This document shows positions 1 to 13,451 of a stretch of DNA of 64,000 nt, piece after piece (position 1 is the stretch's first letter; the number at the start of each line of letters is the position of its first letter). Under the pieces are notes generated by a model that did not search any database, was not told the origin of the DNA, and was given only the letters and a program-made list of their open reading frames with translations. The position numbers and the translations under genes were made by a program. Source of the stretch: an uncultured bacterium (GTDB taxonomy: Bacteria > Margulisbacteria > WOR-1 > CAVSGV01); NCBI GenBank assembly GCA_963768305.1, contig CAVYHE010000003.1, positions 256,001 to 320,000 of the forward strand, read 5' to 3'.

Positions 1-975
1 TTAACGCATATCATGCACTTCACGCATTTCCGCTTATTGATGCGGGGCCGCGGCTTTATGCTTTCGATCAAAGGCTTTAAAATGTTGAGAAGGGATTTCG
101 GGATCCCGGCGACGATTTGCCTGCTGGGTACGGGCATCTGAAAGTTTTTTAATATCTCTAAAGGCTCGCCGATGATCTCGATATTTCCAAGCTGACCTTC
201 GCCCAAACCCATTTGGTCGGCAAGTCTGGTGGTATCGATATCAAAAGGTTCGATCCCCATCATTTTTGTTACCACAGAATCCACAGCTACCGTGTCGGCG
301 GATGCGATCAGTTTCTTTACGTCGCGCAGTATCCCGTTCGACGGACCGTTACCTTCCATTGCGACCACCGCGTCAACAATAGTTATTGCCGGCTTGATCC
401 TGGCGAATAGATTCAACAAGGGCTTTTGCAAAATCAGCCGGGGCAGGGCAGTTTATATGATACGATATCTTATGTAAGCCGGGAACACAGCCGAACATGT
501 TCTTTATTCCGCAGGTGACCGTGGTTAGTTCATGGGTCTTCATCTTGGCAATGTTGATGATCAGGTCATACGAAAGAGCTTCATTGGATATATAGATCGG
601 ATCCATTTTTCCGCCCGGATTGTCGAATTTCCTTATGCCTTTTGATTCAAAGTAAGCGATCGGGATACCGAGGTTGTCCATGCCGCATTCCCGAAGGACT
701 TTTTTGTACATGGAGCCGATCCCGCCCGGGCTGTCCCCGAGAAAAGGGAAAGCTCCGCATTCTTTCACGATCCCGGCAACAGCTTTTACTATTGAGGGAT
801 GCGTTGTCACGCCTTTTGAAGGGTTGAAATTCATAAGAAGGTTCGGCTTGAGGAGCACTTTTTGGCCGGGTTTTATAAGCCTTCTTAATTCCAGAAGATC
901 AAAAAGTTCCCTGACCGATCCATCGGCGTTCGGCGCTGAATAATCCTCGCAGTCAACTATGGCGACTTTAGGCAT
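1..975 (-). CDS. DUF362 domain protein with C-terminal 4Fe-4S ferredoxin motif; frameshift near 400; runs off the window start
   Basis: KVLLKPNLL, TTHP, KMKTH and GIKNMFG motifs in ORF 373-975; reverse strand near 1-40 reads CVKCMICV. Confidence 0.8.
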
Positions 976-1943
976 CAGAAAAAGAAGAACTTTCTTCTTG
1001 ACGGGGAATATGAAGCTGTCAATTTCTCGATCGAATCGGCTGCCGCAACAGTTGCTTTGCCGATATTATAAAAACATTTCCGGACCCAGTACTTTCTCAA
1101 AAATTCGAACTTATTCGGGTCTGATAACGCGGATTCGATCGCTTTTTCCAGGTCATCCGGCGTCGCCAATTCGCCTATCTGGAAGATCCCGTATTTATCC
1201 GCAGGTTCATCCCATAAGCCGTACATCCGTTTGTCGCCGAACATGTCTATTTGCACCATCGGTTTGTTCAGCAGGGCGAATTCCGCCATTATCGATGAAA
1301 TATCGCCGATCAACAGGTCCGCAGCCAATAGAAACCGGTTATAATTCGGCGCCTTGATGAAACGCTCTTTCACGCCTTCATTATATGTCTTATCGTACTC
1401 ATGGATGCAAACAAGCAGGTTTTTAAGCCCTAAAGACATGACTTTTGGCAGAATGTCTATTGTCCCTCTCCTGAAAGCGCCTTTATCATCCCAGGTGGGA
1501 GCATATACGATGACAGGTTCGGCAGGATCAAGCGCAAATTCTCTGATGATCTCGGCGCGCGTGCTGTTGCCATGGATAAGCTCGTCGCTTTTGGGAAAGC
1601 CGATCTCCACGCTTCCCTGATAATCGGGGAAAAGGTAATTCATTCTTTCTATGCGGATAGGACCGGTCATAAAAATATGATCGGCATTTAAAAGTTCATT
1701 AAAAAATACGTTTTTGGCCACGCCCGCGCCATGCGGAAGCAGAAAAACAGGCCGTTTAAGGTGTTTTAATCTGGCGGGTTCAAGGTACCTTACGCTTGAA
1801 ATTATGGTCGCGTCGACTTCATCCTGAGGGAAAAAGCCCAAGTGGCGCTCGATCACCGAATGGCCCCGCTTTTCCAACTCCTCTTTGACCGACAAAAGCG
1901 ACGCTTTTTGATACGAACGCCCGGCCCTGAAATGAAATCTCAT
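975..1943 (-). CDS. CDP-glycerol glycerophosphotransferase family protein
   Basis: PHGAG, IGFPKSD, VYAPTW and ADLLIGDISS motifs. Confidence 0.75.
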   Translation of the reverse strand: MRFHFRAGRSYQKASLLSVKEELEKRGHSVIERHLGFFPQDEVDATIISSVRYLEPARLKHLKRPVFLLPHGAGVAKNVFFNELLNADHIFMTGPIRIERMNYLFPDYQGSVEIGFPKSDELIHGNSTRAEIIREFALDPAEPVIVYAPTWDDKGAFRRGTIDILPKVMSLGLKNLLVCIHEYDKTYNEGVKERFIKAPNYNRFLLAADLLIGDISSIMAEFALLNKPMVQIDMFGDKRMYGLWDEPADKYGIFQIGELATPDDLEKAIESALSDPNKFEFLRKYWVRKCFYNIGKATVAAADSIEKLTASYSPSRRKFFFF

Positions 1944-2680
1944 AATTTGATCATCAGGCCGTCGGATGCGGCAGCGGAATTTTTGAACACTTTCCTCGCT
2001 TCTGTCTGCGCCTTCTTTTTATCCTTGGTTGACAGATATTGGGCCGCGTCAAAATGGGTCATTATCAGCTTTTTTGCTCCGGCTTCCTTTGCGAGCTTTG
2101 CGGCAAGGGTCGGGTTCATATGCGGCCAGCTTGGAGTGGTTATTCCGGGGGCAAGCGCGCATTCGGATATCAGGAGGTCCGCGTCTTTTGAAAGCTCGAT
2201 TGCCGCATCGCAGTAGCCCGTATCGGTGCAATAGCTGACGGTTTTCCCCTCCAGCTCAAACCGGTACCCAAAACATCTGGAAGCATGTTGAAGCTCAAGA
2301 CATCTGAATTTGACCGGCGTATCATGCCATCCCGTCTCGATGTCATGCAGTTTGCAGGGGAAGGGGAGCTTATGTATCGGAATAGAGAACTTTTTGCCCA
2401 AAAAATCCGCAATGGTCTTTTTTGTTCCCGGCTGCCCGTAAATATCAAGTCTCTTGAAATCGAACTTGGCCAGGACATGCAGGCCTTCGATATGGTCCAG
2501 GTGAAAATGGCTCAAGAACAGAAAGACCGGTTTGTCTTTTTTTATGAACCTGTCGGCCTTATAGATGCCGTTGCCCGCATCAAGTATGATGTACCTCTCC
2601 CGTGTCTCTATGAGCGTGCATATAGTATTGCCTGTCACGGAATCGTACCATCCGTTCGTTCCCAGAAAAACGATCTTCAT
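1940..2680 (-). CDS. MBL-fold metallo-hydrolase, RNase Z/BN-like
   Basis: FLGTNG start, SHFHLDH motif, YCTDT and MTHF. Confidence 0.85.
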   Translation of the reverse strand: MKIVFLGTNGWYDSVTGNTICTLIETRERYIILDAGNGIYKADRFIKKDKPVFLFLSHFHLDHIEGLHVLAKFDFKRLDIYGQPGTKKTIADFLGKKFSIPIHKLPFPCKLHDIETGWHDTPVKFRCLELQHASRCFGYRFELEGKTVSYCTDTGYCDAAIELSKDADLLISECALAPGITTPSWPHMNPTLAAKLAKEAGAKKLIMTHFDAAQYLSTKDKKKAQTEARKVFKNSAAASDGLMIKL

Positions 2681-2695
2681 AGATAAAGATGCTCC

Positions 2696-3745
2696 TTAAT
2701 ATCCCAGTTGTTTGATGACGGCGGAAACTTTGCAGGGGATTTCGATCGGTTTGGCTCCCTGCTTGACGGCGCAATCCGGATCCTTAAGTCCGTGTCCGGT
2801 AAGGACGCAAACGACCACGGAGCCGTCGGGAATAACGCGTTTTTTTGCGAGCTTCATCATTCCGGCAAGGGATGCTGCCGAAGCCGGCTCGCAGAAAACC
2901 CCTTCCAGCTTCGCGACCAGCCTGTATGCTTCCAGTATTTCATCATCGGTAACTATCGATATGGATCCCGCCGATTCTTCCGCCGCGGAAACGGCGCTTT
3001 TCCAGCTTGCCGGATTTCCTATCCTGATGGCTGTCGCCACAGTTTCCGGATTTTCGATAGCATGGCCTCTCACTATCGGCGCGGCTCCTTCAGCCTGAAA
3101 ACCCACCATCTTTGGCAGGCTGGAAATTATCTTCTTCTCGTAATATTCCTTGAAACCTTTCCAATAAGCCGTGATGTTGCCCGCGTTACCGACGGGGATC
3201 GCCAGGAAATCAGGGACAGATTCAAGCTGATCGCAAACTTCGAAAGCCGCTGTTTTCTGGCCTTCTATCCTGAATGGATTGATGGAATTGACTATCTCGA
3301 TCGGATATTTTTCACCCAGCTCTCTGACAAGCGTCAGCGCCTGGTCGAAGTTGCCGTCAACAGCAAAGACCTTCGCCCCGTGCATCATCGCCTGGGCGAG
3401 CTTTCCGAGCGCGATCTTCCCGTTGGGGATAATGACAACGCAGTCGATTCCGGCCCTTCCGGCGTAAGCCGCCGCTGATGCTGAAGTGTTGCCCGTGGAG
3501 GCACAGATGACGGCTTTAAATTTCGATTCAAGCGCCTTGCTTATGGCGACAGTCATGCCCCTGTCCTTGAACGAACCGGTGGGGTTCATGCCTTCATACT
3601 TGAGATAAACTTTGCATTTGGTCAGTTTGCTGAGTTTTTCGGCGTAAATAAGCGGCGTGTTGCCTTCGTTAAGCGTGACAACGGGGGTTTTGTCCGTTAC
3701 GGGCAGATAGTCAAGATATTTGTTTATTAAGCCTTTCCATCTCAT
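2696..3745 (-). CDS. thrC: Threonine synthase
   Basis: [13 protein letters not shown]-lysine motif, [18 protein letters not shown]; start taken at MRWKG. Confidence 0.95.
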   Translation of the reverse strand: MRWKGLINKYLDYLPVTDKTPVVTLNEGNTPLIYAEKLSKLTKCKVYLKYEGMNPTGSFKDRGMTVAISKALESKFKAVICASTGNTSASAAAYAGRAGIDCVVIIPNGKIALGKLAQAMMHGAKVFAVDGNFDQALTLVRELGEKYPIEIVNSINPFRIEGQKTAAFEVCDQLESVPDFLAIPVGNAGNITAYWKGFKEYYEKKIISSLPKMVGFQAEGAAPIVRGHAIENPETVATAIRIGNPASWKSAVSAAEESAGSISIVTDDEILEAYRLVAKLEGVFCEPASAASLAGMMKLAKKRVIPDGSVVVCVLTGHGLKDPDCAVKQGAKPIEIPCKVSAVIKQLGY

Positions 3746-3850
3746 TTTTGGTATTTTACCACCAATAAATTTCAGTGACAAGGACAGGTTAAAGAACATG
3801 TTTTGCAAGAAATTTCACTTTTTCTTCATCTTTTTTGATATAATCTCCGT

Positions 3851-5105
3851 ATGAAATACACCAGCCAGAGAGGAACGCGGGATATCCTGCCGGAAGAGAT
3901 AAGGACATGGCAATTTCTGGAGGAAAAAGCCCGCTCTGTTTTTGAGAGCTACAATTACCTCCGAGATAAGGACCCCGATATTCGAGCAGACGGAACTGTT
4001 CGCGCGCGGGATAGGCGAAAGCACGGATATCGTCGGCAAGGAAATGTACACTTTCACCGACAAGGGCGAAAGATCGATCACGCTTCGGCCTGAAGAAACA
4101 GCGCCGGTTGTCAGAGCTGCGATCGAAAATAATCTGATCAAACAGGGCGAGATCGTCAAACTTTACTATGTCGGCCCGATGTTCAGATATGAAAGGCCGC
4201 AGGCGGGACGGTCCAGGCAATTTCATCAGGCGGGAGTGGAAGTCCTTGGATCAGCTGATCCGCTTGATCGATGTTGAAGTGATCGAGCTCGGGTTACGAT
4301 ATTTTAGCGAGATCGGATTGAAAGGACTTGAAGTTGATATCAACAGCGTCGGCTGCCTGAAACTGCATGCCGAAGTTCAAGGAAGAATTGAAAAAATATT
4401 TCAAGAACAAATCGGCGGAGATCTGCGAGACCTGCCGCGGCCGCCTTGAAAAAAATCCTCTCAGGATACTGGACTGCAAAGAACCTGGATGCCAGAAAGC
4501 CATCGAGGGAGCGCCGTCTTCCGCCGATCATCTCTGCGAAGAATGCAAAACTCATTTTGATAAAGTTAAAACTTATCTGAACCAATATGGGATCAAATAC
4601 AAACTGAACAAACGGCTTGTAAGAGGACTGGATTATTATACAAAAACGACTTTCGAGATAATTTCAAGGTCGCTCGGAGCGCAGAACGCTGTTTGCGGCG
4701 GAGGACGGTATGACGGACTGGTTGAGGAGCTGGGCGGAAAATCAACTCCGGCTATCGGGTTCGCCATAGGGCTTGATCGATTGGTCCTGTTATTGAAAGA
4801 ACAAAAGATCGATGTTCCTCAGGCAGAAAGACTGCAGGTATATGTAGTGACATTGGGCGACGCGGCCAGGCAAAAAGGATATGAAGTTTTGAGGTCGCTC
4901 CGCAACATGGGAATAAGTTCGGACATGGATTATATGGGCAAAAGCCTCAATTCCCAGCTGAAATCCGCGGACAGGCTCAAGGCCCGGTTCGCAATAATCA
5001 TCGGCGATGACGAGTTGAAGAACAATATCGCCATAATCAGATCGATGGACAATAAGACCCAGGAGCAGGCAAAGTTCGAAGAAATCATTAGAGAAGGTCA
5101 AATAA
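3851..5105 (+). CDS. hisS: Histidine--tRNA ligase, with several apparent sequencing frameshifts
   Basis: [33 protein letters not shown] and GGGRYDGL spread over successive frames. Confidence 0.93.
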
Positions 5106-6904
5106 TGAAACGCACTAATAATTGCGGGGAATTAAGGAAAAAAGACATCAATAAAGAGGTCTTTCCTGGCCGGCTGGGTCCACAAAAGGCGCGATCACGG
5201 CGGGTTGATATTCATCGATCTGCGCGACAGGTCCGGGATATGCCAGGTGACGATTAATATTGCCGACAAAGAACTGCATAAAACCGGCGAACAGCTGAGG
5301 TGCAGAATTCGTCACCTTCATAAAAGGCAAGGTGGTCGGGCGTTCCGAAGGAACCGTTAACACAAAACTTGCCGACCGGAGAAATTGAGGTCATCGCTTC
5401 ACATGTCGAGATATTGAACAAGTCAAAGACTCCGCCGTTCGAAATTTCAAGCTCGGAACAGGAAGTGGACGAGAATGTCAGGATGAAATACCGCTATATC
5501 GACCTGAGAAAAGAGGGGATGAGGGAAAATCTCATATTCCGCCACAAAGTTATCAAGGCCGCCAGGGATTATCTGGACAAGGAAGGCTTCCTGGAGATCG
5601 AAACCCCGTTCTTGACCAAATCAACTCCCGAAGGAGCGAGGGATTATCTGGTCCCATCCCGGCTTAGTCCGGGCAAATTTTACGCGCTCCCGCAGTCGCC
5701 GCAGCTGTTCAAGCAAATTTTGATGGTCGCGGGAATGGAAAAATATTTTCAGATCGTCAGGTGCTTCCGCGACGAGGACCTGCGCGCCGACAGGCAGCCG
5801 GAATTCACGCAAATAGACCTTGAGATGAGCTTTGTTGAGCGCGATGATGTCCTTGATGTCATCGAGAAAATGATGGCCTATGTAATGAAACAAATAAAAG
5901 AGGATGAGGAAAAATTTTACATCCACAAGAGAATACCCGAGTTCCATCTGCCGATCCCGAGGATAACATGGGATGAAGCAATGAGCAGGTTCGGCACCGA
6001 TAAACCGGACATGAGGTTCGGCCTGGAGCTCGTGGACATAACCGATATTGCGAAGGGGACCGAATTTAAAGTTTTTGCCGAGACCGCAAAATCAGGCGGG
6101 CTGGTAAAAGCGCTGAACGGGAAAGGCTGCGCGAAATTTTCAAGGAACGAATTGGATAACCTTGAAGCCGAAGCGAAAAAACTTGGCGCGAAAGGATTGG
6201 CTTATATCATTTTAGGCGATGACGGCATAAGATCGCCGATAGCGAAATTCCTGAAAAAAGAAGAGATCGATTCGATAATCGAAAGGCTGAAGGGCGAGAC
6301 AGGCGACATAATTTTCTTTGTCGCGGACAGACCGGGCATTGCAAATTCAGTTCTCGGGCAGATCCGGCTTGAACTTGGGAAAAAATTGAACCTGATCGAT
6401 AAAGCGAAATTCAGCTATGTCTGGGTCACCGATTTCCCGCTTCTTGAATATGACGATAAGGATAAGCGCTGGGTTTCGCGGCATCATCCGTTCACAGCGC
6501 CGCAGGGTAATTGGGACGACCTTGAAGAAAGATTCATGAAAGATCCCGCGTCAATTAAAGCCCAAGCTTATGATCTGGTTTTGAATGGCGTAGAGATCGG
6601 CGGCGGTTCAATAAGAATTCACAGGACGGATGTTCAGGAGAAAGTTTTTAAACTCTTGAGGCTGTCAGAAGAAGAAACAAAACTCAGGTTCGGATTCCTT
6701 TTGGAAGCGTTCGAATACGGCGCGCCGCCGCACGGAGGGATAGCTCTGGGGCTTGACAGGCTTGTGATGATGCTTGCGGGAATGGATTCTATCCGCGATG
6801 TCATCGCTTTCCCGAAGAACCAGTCAGCCATGTGCCCCATGACCGGGGCTCCCGATACCGTGGATGCCAGGCAGTGGAAGGATATTCACATAAGACCGGC
6901 CTAG
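5105..6904 (+). CDS. aspS: Aspartate--tRNA ligase, frameshifts in the 5' part
   Basis: [10 protein letters not shown] start, [46 protein letters not shown]. Confidence 0.95.
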
Positions 6905-7927
6905 AATTTATTTATTTCGTGGATAAGCGCGGTCAATCTTCCGTAACTTTTCTTGTCAAAATTCATCGTCAGCCTGAAAAGATCCAGCTTGTCCCTTGTT
7001 TTTATCTCTTCGGTCGCGGGCTTGCAGCATTCTATCTTTCCTGAAACAAGGATGTCCCGAGAATTGCCTGTTCAGCTTGTTTATCTGTGAGTCCGTCAGC
7101 TCTTTGTTCAGCCTTAATATGGTCCTGTCCCCGACATAACGCATGGAATTGTAAACTTTATAGAAAGTCACGACTTCATTGACAGCTTCCTTCACCGAAT
7201 GGACGACTTTGAACAGGTTAAGATCGTTCTTGTACAGCAGATCATTTTTCATCATGCCGTTCTCAAGGAACCTGAGCCAGCTTCTCCAGTATGTGCCGAA
7301 AAGCGTGTCCACGAAGATAAGCGGCCGCGGATTGCTCTTCCCCGTCTGAAGGAGGGTCAATATTTCAAAGGCCTCGTCGTGAGTGCCGAACCCTCCCGGA
7401 AAAAGGACGGTCGCGTCGGATTCCTTGATGAACACGAGTTTCCGGGTGAAGAAATATTTCAGGGTAATGAGTTTCTCGCCCCTGACATACGCGTTCGGCA
7501 GCTGCTCGGTCGGAAGCTTGATATTCACTGCGAAATTCTTTCCGGGTCCGGCGCCCTTGTTCCCGGCCTCCATTATTCCGCCGCCTCCGCCGGTTATTAT
7601 CATCCAGCCTTTCGAGGATAATTGAGCCGCGAATTCCTCCGCCATTTTATAAGCGGGGGACTTCGCGCTTATCTTGTGCGAGCCGAATATGACCGCCCTC
7701 CTGATATTCCGGTAGGGAGCGAATATCTTGAAAGCGTATCTCAGCTCTTTAAGCGTGGAATTTATCAGCTTCAAGTCGGCTACGTCGCTCAGGTCGTTAG
7801 ATAACTTTCCGATTGTCGTGAACATCTGGCGGTATATCTCGTATGTTTCCTCATTGCCGTACCTTTTCGCCAGCACTTCGATGAGCCTGTCGTCGTTGTA
7901 ATTGCCGAGGCAGTATCTCTTTTCCAT
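6901..7927 (-). CDS. LOG family (TIGR00730-like) nucleotide-binding protein; frameshift near 7050
   Basis: [31 protein letters not shown]. Confidence 0.85.
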
Positions 7928-7951
7928 GGCGGATATATTATATCAAACCCG

Positions 7952-7980
7952 TTGCATTTGAAAGTGAATAATCATATAAT
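7952..7980 (+). promoter_or_regulatory. Sigma70-type promoter for the 6S-like RNA
   Basis: TTGCAT (7952-7957), 17-bp spacer, TATAAT (7975-7980), 7 nt upstream of the RNA stem. Confidence 0.75.
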
Positions 7981-7986
7981 TATTCA

Positions 7987-8133
7987 GCCTGCCGTACTCG
8001 GGGTTTGCCAAATTGTCTTGAACCAAATTTTATGAATTGGGAGTCTGATGCAAAGGCGACAGTTTCGCCCAAGAAAGACACCCACTTTGGATCTAAGGAT
8101 TCAAAGACACACATGGCCAACGGTACGGCGGGT
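7987..8133 (+). ncRNA. ssrS: 6S (SsrS)-like RNA
   Basis: Closing stem GCCTGCCGTAC/GTACGGCGGGT followed by a T-run; internal CTTGAACC...GGGAG...CCCAC...TTCAA elements; consensus promoter directly upstream. Confidence 0.7.
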
Positions 8134-8143
8134 TTTTTAATGA

Positions 8144-9434
<1,291 letters not shown>

Positions 9435-9435
9435 C

Positions 9436-10077
9436 ATGGCCAATCGCAAAAGCATCGTTCTTCTATCCGGCGGGCTGGATTCAACCACTACATTATATTA
9501 TGCAAGATCAAAGGGCTATTCTTGCTACGCCCTGATATTTGATTACGGCCAGAGGCACAAAAAAGAGGTTAGGGTCGCCGTCAGGATCGCCAAAACAGCG
9601 AATGTCCCTTATCGAATTGTTAAGATCGACCTTCCGTGGAAAGGTTCTGCTCTCCTTGATGAAAAGGTCAAACTGCCGGCCGATCGGTCGATCAAAAATA
9701 TGTCAAAAGGAATTCCTTCGACTTACGTTCCTGGCAGGAATACGATATTTCTCAGCTTTGCGCTGTCATATGCGGAAGCGATCGGAGCAAAAACTATATT
9801 CATCGGTGCGAACGCGATCGACTTCAGCGGTTACCCTGATTGCCGGCCGAAATATTACAAAGCGTTCAGGAAAATGATAAAAGCAGGAGCCAGAGATTCA
9901 TCGATAAAGATACTAACTCCCTTGATAAAAATGACAAAATCGCAGATAATCAAACTCGGAATGAAGCTTGGCGCGCCGCTGAATAAGACTTGGTCATGCT
10001 ATAAAGGCGGCAAAATCCCATGCGGAGTATGCGACAGCTGTTTGATACGGAAGAGAGGATTTGAAGAACTAAAGTGA
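9436..10077 (+). CDS. queC: 7-cyano-7-deazaguanine synthase
   Basis: LSGGLDSTT, TYVPGRN, YPDCRP, TWSCY...CGVCDSC. Confidence 0.95.
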   Translation: MANRKSIVLLSGGLDSTTTLYYARSKGYSCYALIFDYGQRHKKEVRVAVRIAKTANVPYRIVKIDLPWKGSALLDEKVKLPADRSIKNMSKGIPSTYVPGRNTIFLSFALSYAEAIGAKTIFIGANAIDFSGYPDCRPKYYKAFRKMIKAGARDSSIKILTPLIKMTKSQIIKLGMKLGAPLNKTWSCYKGGKIPCGVCDSCLIRKRGFEELK

Positions 10078-10892
10078 ACGCATTAATATTGATCTGCATA
10101 TTTACCGGCCTCATTCATTTCACGGAGACGATAGCGTCGTCGATGAGGCTGGCGGGCGTGCGTACAAAAAACATAGCGACATCGCTTACTTTTGTGAACG
10201 CAACCCTCCTCATCTCAAGAATGTCGAATATGCTCCAGGCACCGATATTGGGCAGCATAGTTGATACGGCAATATTGAAACATGACACGGGAATGCTTTT
10301 GCATGAATTCCGCATCATTGTTTTCGCGGCATTCATCGGCAATCTTATCGGCGCGATGATGGTCCCGTTCTTCGTTTCAATTTTCACTGCGGCAATGCTG
10401 GAGTTTGAAAGGGTGGGATCCCTGCCGAGAGTGATGATATCAGCTTTTCATCCGAGGAATATGCTGGCAATGTCAAAGAAGTTCCGTCTGCCGTCGCGCA
10501 AGACATTAAAAGGCATTTCGATCCATGGAATGCCGCAGACATTTCTTTATCTTAATATCCTTATGGTTTCGATATACGCTATCGGCGTGCTTTCTTCACT
10601 CTATGCCGGCGCGAGGGTCCCCGAATACAGGATCACGGCAACCCAGCTGTCGGGAATAGTGAACGGGATAGCGACGATATTTTTGACGCTTCTGGTGGAT
10701 CCCACCTGCGCGCTGATAACCGATCAGGCGATAAAAGGCAAAAGGGACGAGAAAGACGTAAGGACCATGGTCTTCTACATCATCGCAGGCCGAGTTGTAG
10801 GCACATTGATGATATCCCAGCTGATATTCCTGCCGGCCTCGGATTATATAATGAACGTGACTTTGTTCATGAAACATATGTTCGGACAATAG
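10074..10892 (+). CDS. amj: Lipid II flippase Amj (DUF2837) family protein
   Basis: RLAGVRT, SRMSNMLQAP, QLSGIVNGIATI and VDP motifs; multi-TM. Confidence 0.8.
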   Translation: MNALILICIFTGLIHFTETIASSMRLAGVRTKNIATSLTFVNATLLISRMSNMLQAPILGSIVDTAILKHDTGMLLHEFRIIVFAAFIGNLIGAMMVPFFVSIFTAAMLEFERVGSLPRVMISAFHPRNMLAMSKKFRLPSRKTLKGISIHGMPQTFLYLNILMVSIYAIGVLSSLYAGARVPEYRITATQLSGIVNGIATIFLTLLVDPTCALITDQAIKGKRDEKDVRTMVFYIIAGRVVGTLMISQLIFLPASDYIMNVTLFMKHMFGQ

Positions 10893-10905
10893 GCCCGGAT
10901 CTTAC

Positions 10906-11808
10906 ATGAAAATCATTCACTTCAGAAAATCGAACTGCCGCAATATCGTACTGGTCCTCGGCAACTTTGACGGCGTACATAAAGGACATGCAAAGCTGAT
11001 AAGCCAAGCCATAAGCTATGCCGGGAAGAACAAGCTTCCTTGTTTCGCTATGACCTTTGATCCTCACCCTCAGGAAGTGGTGAACCCGGGTCGAGGTCTG
11101 TGCTTGCTAACGACCCTGCCGGAACGCATAGAACTTATGAGGGAACTCGGCCTGGACGGCGTGATCGTGAAGGAATTTAGCAGAAAAATGAGCCGGCTTT
11201 CGCCAGAAGCGTTCGTCAAAACCTTTCTTATCGATCAGCTGAAAGTCCGGAAAATATTCGTGGGCTATGATTTTGCTTTCGGAAGGGACAGGGCGGGCGG
11301 CGTTTCTATCTTGAGGAAAATGGGGCTGGAAGTCCACGCGGTTTCTCCTTACAAGGCCCACGGCCATCTTGTAAAAAGTTCCACGATACGGTCAATGATC
11401 GCTGACGGAAATCTATATGAAGCCATAAAGCTTCTCGGGCATCCTTATTCTCTGACGGGAAAAGTGGTCAAAGGAGCTGGGAGAGGGAAGGGGCTCGGGT
11501 TCCCGACTGCCAATATTGCTGTCGCGAAAGATAAATTGATCCCGAAACACGGGGTTTATTCGGGGATGATCAAGACCGCAAAGCTCATGCGGAAAGCGGC
11601 GATTTTTATAGGTTCGCGACCGACTTTCGGCAAAGAATCGTTCGCCATAGAAGCGCATATCCTGAATTTCCGCGGCAACTTAAGAGGTAAGACGATCAGG
11701 ATCGACATTCTGAAAAGGCTTCGTGATGAGATACATTTCAGCGATGTCGAAAAGCTGAAGGAGCAGATCAGGGAAGATGTGAATTCGATCCGCAAAAATA
11801 AAGCATAA
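10906..11808 (+). CDS. ribF: Bifunctional riboflavin kinase/FAD synthetase
   Basis: GNFDGVHKGH, GYDFAFG, SSTIR, LGFPTAN. Confidence 0.95.
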   Translation: MKIIHFRKSNCRNIVLVLGNFDGVHKGHAKLISQAISYAGKNKLPCFAMTFDPHPQEVVNPGRGLCLLTTLPERIELMRELGLDGVIVKEFSRKMSRLSPEAFVKTFLIDQLKVRKIFVGYDFAFGRDRAGGVSILRKMGLEVHAVSPYKAHGHLVKSSTIRSMIADGNLYEAIKLLGHPYSLTGKVVKGAGRGKGLGFPTANIAVAKDKLIPKHGVYSGMIKTAKLMRKAAIFIGSRPTFGKESFAIEAHILNFRGNLRGKTIRIDILKRLRDEIHFSDVEKLKEQIREDVNSIRKNKA

Positions 11809-11819
11809 GGGTTACTCTC

Positions 11820-12392
11820 TTACAACCATTTTACGACGGGCGGTTTTTTGGGCGGAGCGTCAGGAAACCCTCCCTTTGGATAACCAAGGAGGATCGGCCC
11901 GAAAACTTTTTCATCCTCTTTGATCTCAAAAAGATTTTTTATTTCCGGATCCTCGGTGGCAAAAGAGCCGAACATAACCCAGCAGCTCCCGAGCCCGAAC
12001 GACCTGGCCGCAAGCATCATGTTCTCGCAGACCATGGGCGTGTCATATTCCCTCATGTTCCCGCTTCCGATGACAAAAACGATGGCCGGCGCCCCGTAAT
12101 AAATGGGATCCTCCATCTGCTTCGCTATTTTCCTGCGCCTTTCCCTGAAGGACTTTGCCTTATCTCCCAGCCACTTTTCCAGTCTCGGGATGGACAAACT
12201 GACCAGCTTTTCTCTAAGCTTTTTATCCTGGACGACAACGAACCTCCAGGACTGAACATTCATCCCGCTTGGAGACGCATTCCCGGCCGCGATGATCTCA
12301 TCCAATATGTCCTTCGGGATCGGCTTATCCTGATAGCTCCTGACGGCTCTCCGGGACATGATAGTTCCCATTATTGAATTTTTCATGAACAT
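11820..12392 (-). CDS. Nitroreductase family protein
   Basis: RRAVRSY, SPSGMNVQSW, LAARSFGLGSCW. Confidence 0.88.
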   Translation of the reverse strand: MFMKNSIMGTIMSRRAVRSYQDKPIPKDILDEIIAAGNASPSGMNVQSWRFVVVQDKKLREKLVSLSIPRLEKWLGDKAKSFRERRRKIAKQMEDPIYYGAPAIVFVIGSGNMREYDTPMVCENMMLAARSFGLGSCWVMFGSFATEDPEIKNLFEIKEDEKVFGPILLGYPKGGFPDAPPKKPPVVKWL

Positions 12393-12398
12393 CCCTCC

Positions 12399-13448
12399 TT
12401 AATTGAATATTTCGTCGATCATTGCCAAGAACATGTTCTTTGATACGGGGTTCATCTTCAGCTGTTCGATCACCTCTTTCGCTTTTTTTATCAGGCCGTC
12501 AATGCCAGCTTGAATATTTGCCTTCACGTTGCTTTTCAGGAATATCTGTTTCATCTTGACCTGTTCTTTTTTCCCGATATTTTGTGAACGCAGCATAGCA
12601 TCGATCTCTTTCCTCACTTTGGAGTTCGAATTCCCGTAAGCCAGACGGACAAGGAAAGTCTTTTTGGATTCCTTAAGGTCGGTGAACCCGGGTTTTCCCG
12701 TGTTATTGTCGCTGCAGAACACGTCGATCATATCATCATGAAGCTGAAATGCGCAGCCCAGGAGCTTCCCTGCGGAGGAAAGCATGCCTTTTTCGTTCTC
12801 TGTAGTGTCGGCAAGCGCCGCTCCCATCAGAAGCGGCGTCGTGAAAGTGTAATTACCCGTCTTCTGATCATAAACTTTCAGGATATCGTTAAGCGAGATG
12901 CCCGAGATATCTCTGGCTCCGTACCTCAGCTCGTTTATTTCGCCGCATCCCGTGTATGACGCGGAAGAAAGCAGGTGATGCAGGGCTTTTTCTTTGCGCG
13001 CGGGATCCACTTTTATGGAAAGGAACGCCTTAACGCCCAGCGCGAACATTATGTCGCCGATTATCATCGCGACATCCCTCCCTTCGAATCTGGCGTCCGA
13101 GCCGCGGATCTCTTTTTCGATCATTTTGTGGAGAGTGGGTTTCCCTCTCCTGGAGCCGGAGCGGTCCACTATGTCGTCATGCGCAAGGATGAAAGATTGG
13201 ATAAGCTCAAAGCTTATCGCGGAAGACAGATAATCCGGAGCGGGTTTTTCACTGTATCCGAGATAGCTGATTATGAAAAGCAGGGAGCGGATCCTTTTAC
13301 CTTCCCTCAGTGAATATTCCTTAAAATGTTTATAAACATACGGCGAAGCCCGGCCCAGCCAATACTCTTTCCCAAGACTTTTGATATACCTTCCCAACTC
13401 CCTGTTAATTTTAGCCCTGAATTGCCGAAGTTCGGTTTTTCCGCCCAC
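12399..13448 (-). CDS. Polyprenyl synthetase family protein
   Basis: GKRIR, HDDIVD..RRG, KTG, FQLHDD. Confidence 0.9.
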   Translation of the reverse strand: MGGKTELRQFRAKINRELGRYIKSLGKEYWLGRASPYVYKHFKEYSLREGKRIRSLLFIISYLGYSEKPAPDYLSSAISFELIQSFILAHDDIVDRSGSRRGKPTLHKMIEKEIRGSDARFEGRDVAMIIGDIMFALGVKAFLSIKVDPARKEKALHHLLSSASYTGCGEINELRYGARDISGISLNDILKVYDQKTGNYTFTTPLLMGAALADTTENEKGMLSSAGKLLGCAFQLHDDMIDVFCSDNNTGKPGFTDLKESKKTFLVRLAYGNSNSKVRKEIDAMLRSQNIGKKEQVKMKQIFLKSNVKANIQAGIDGLIKKAKEVIEQLKMNPVSKNMFLAMIDEIFN

Positions 13449-13451
13449 ACT

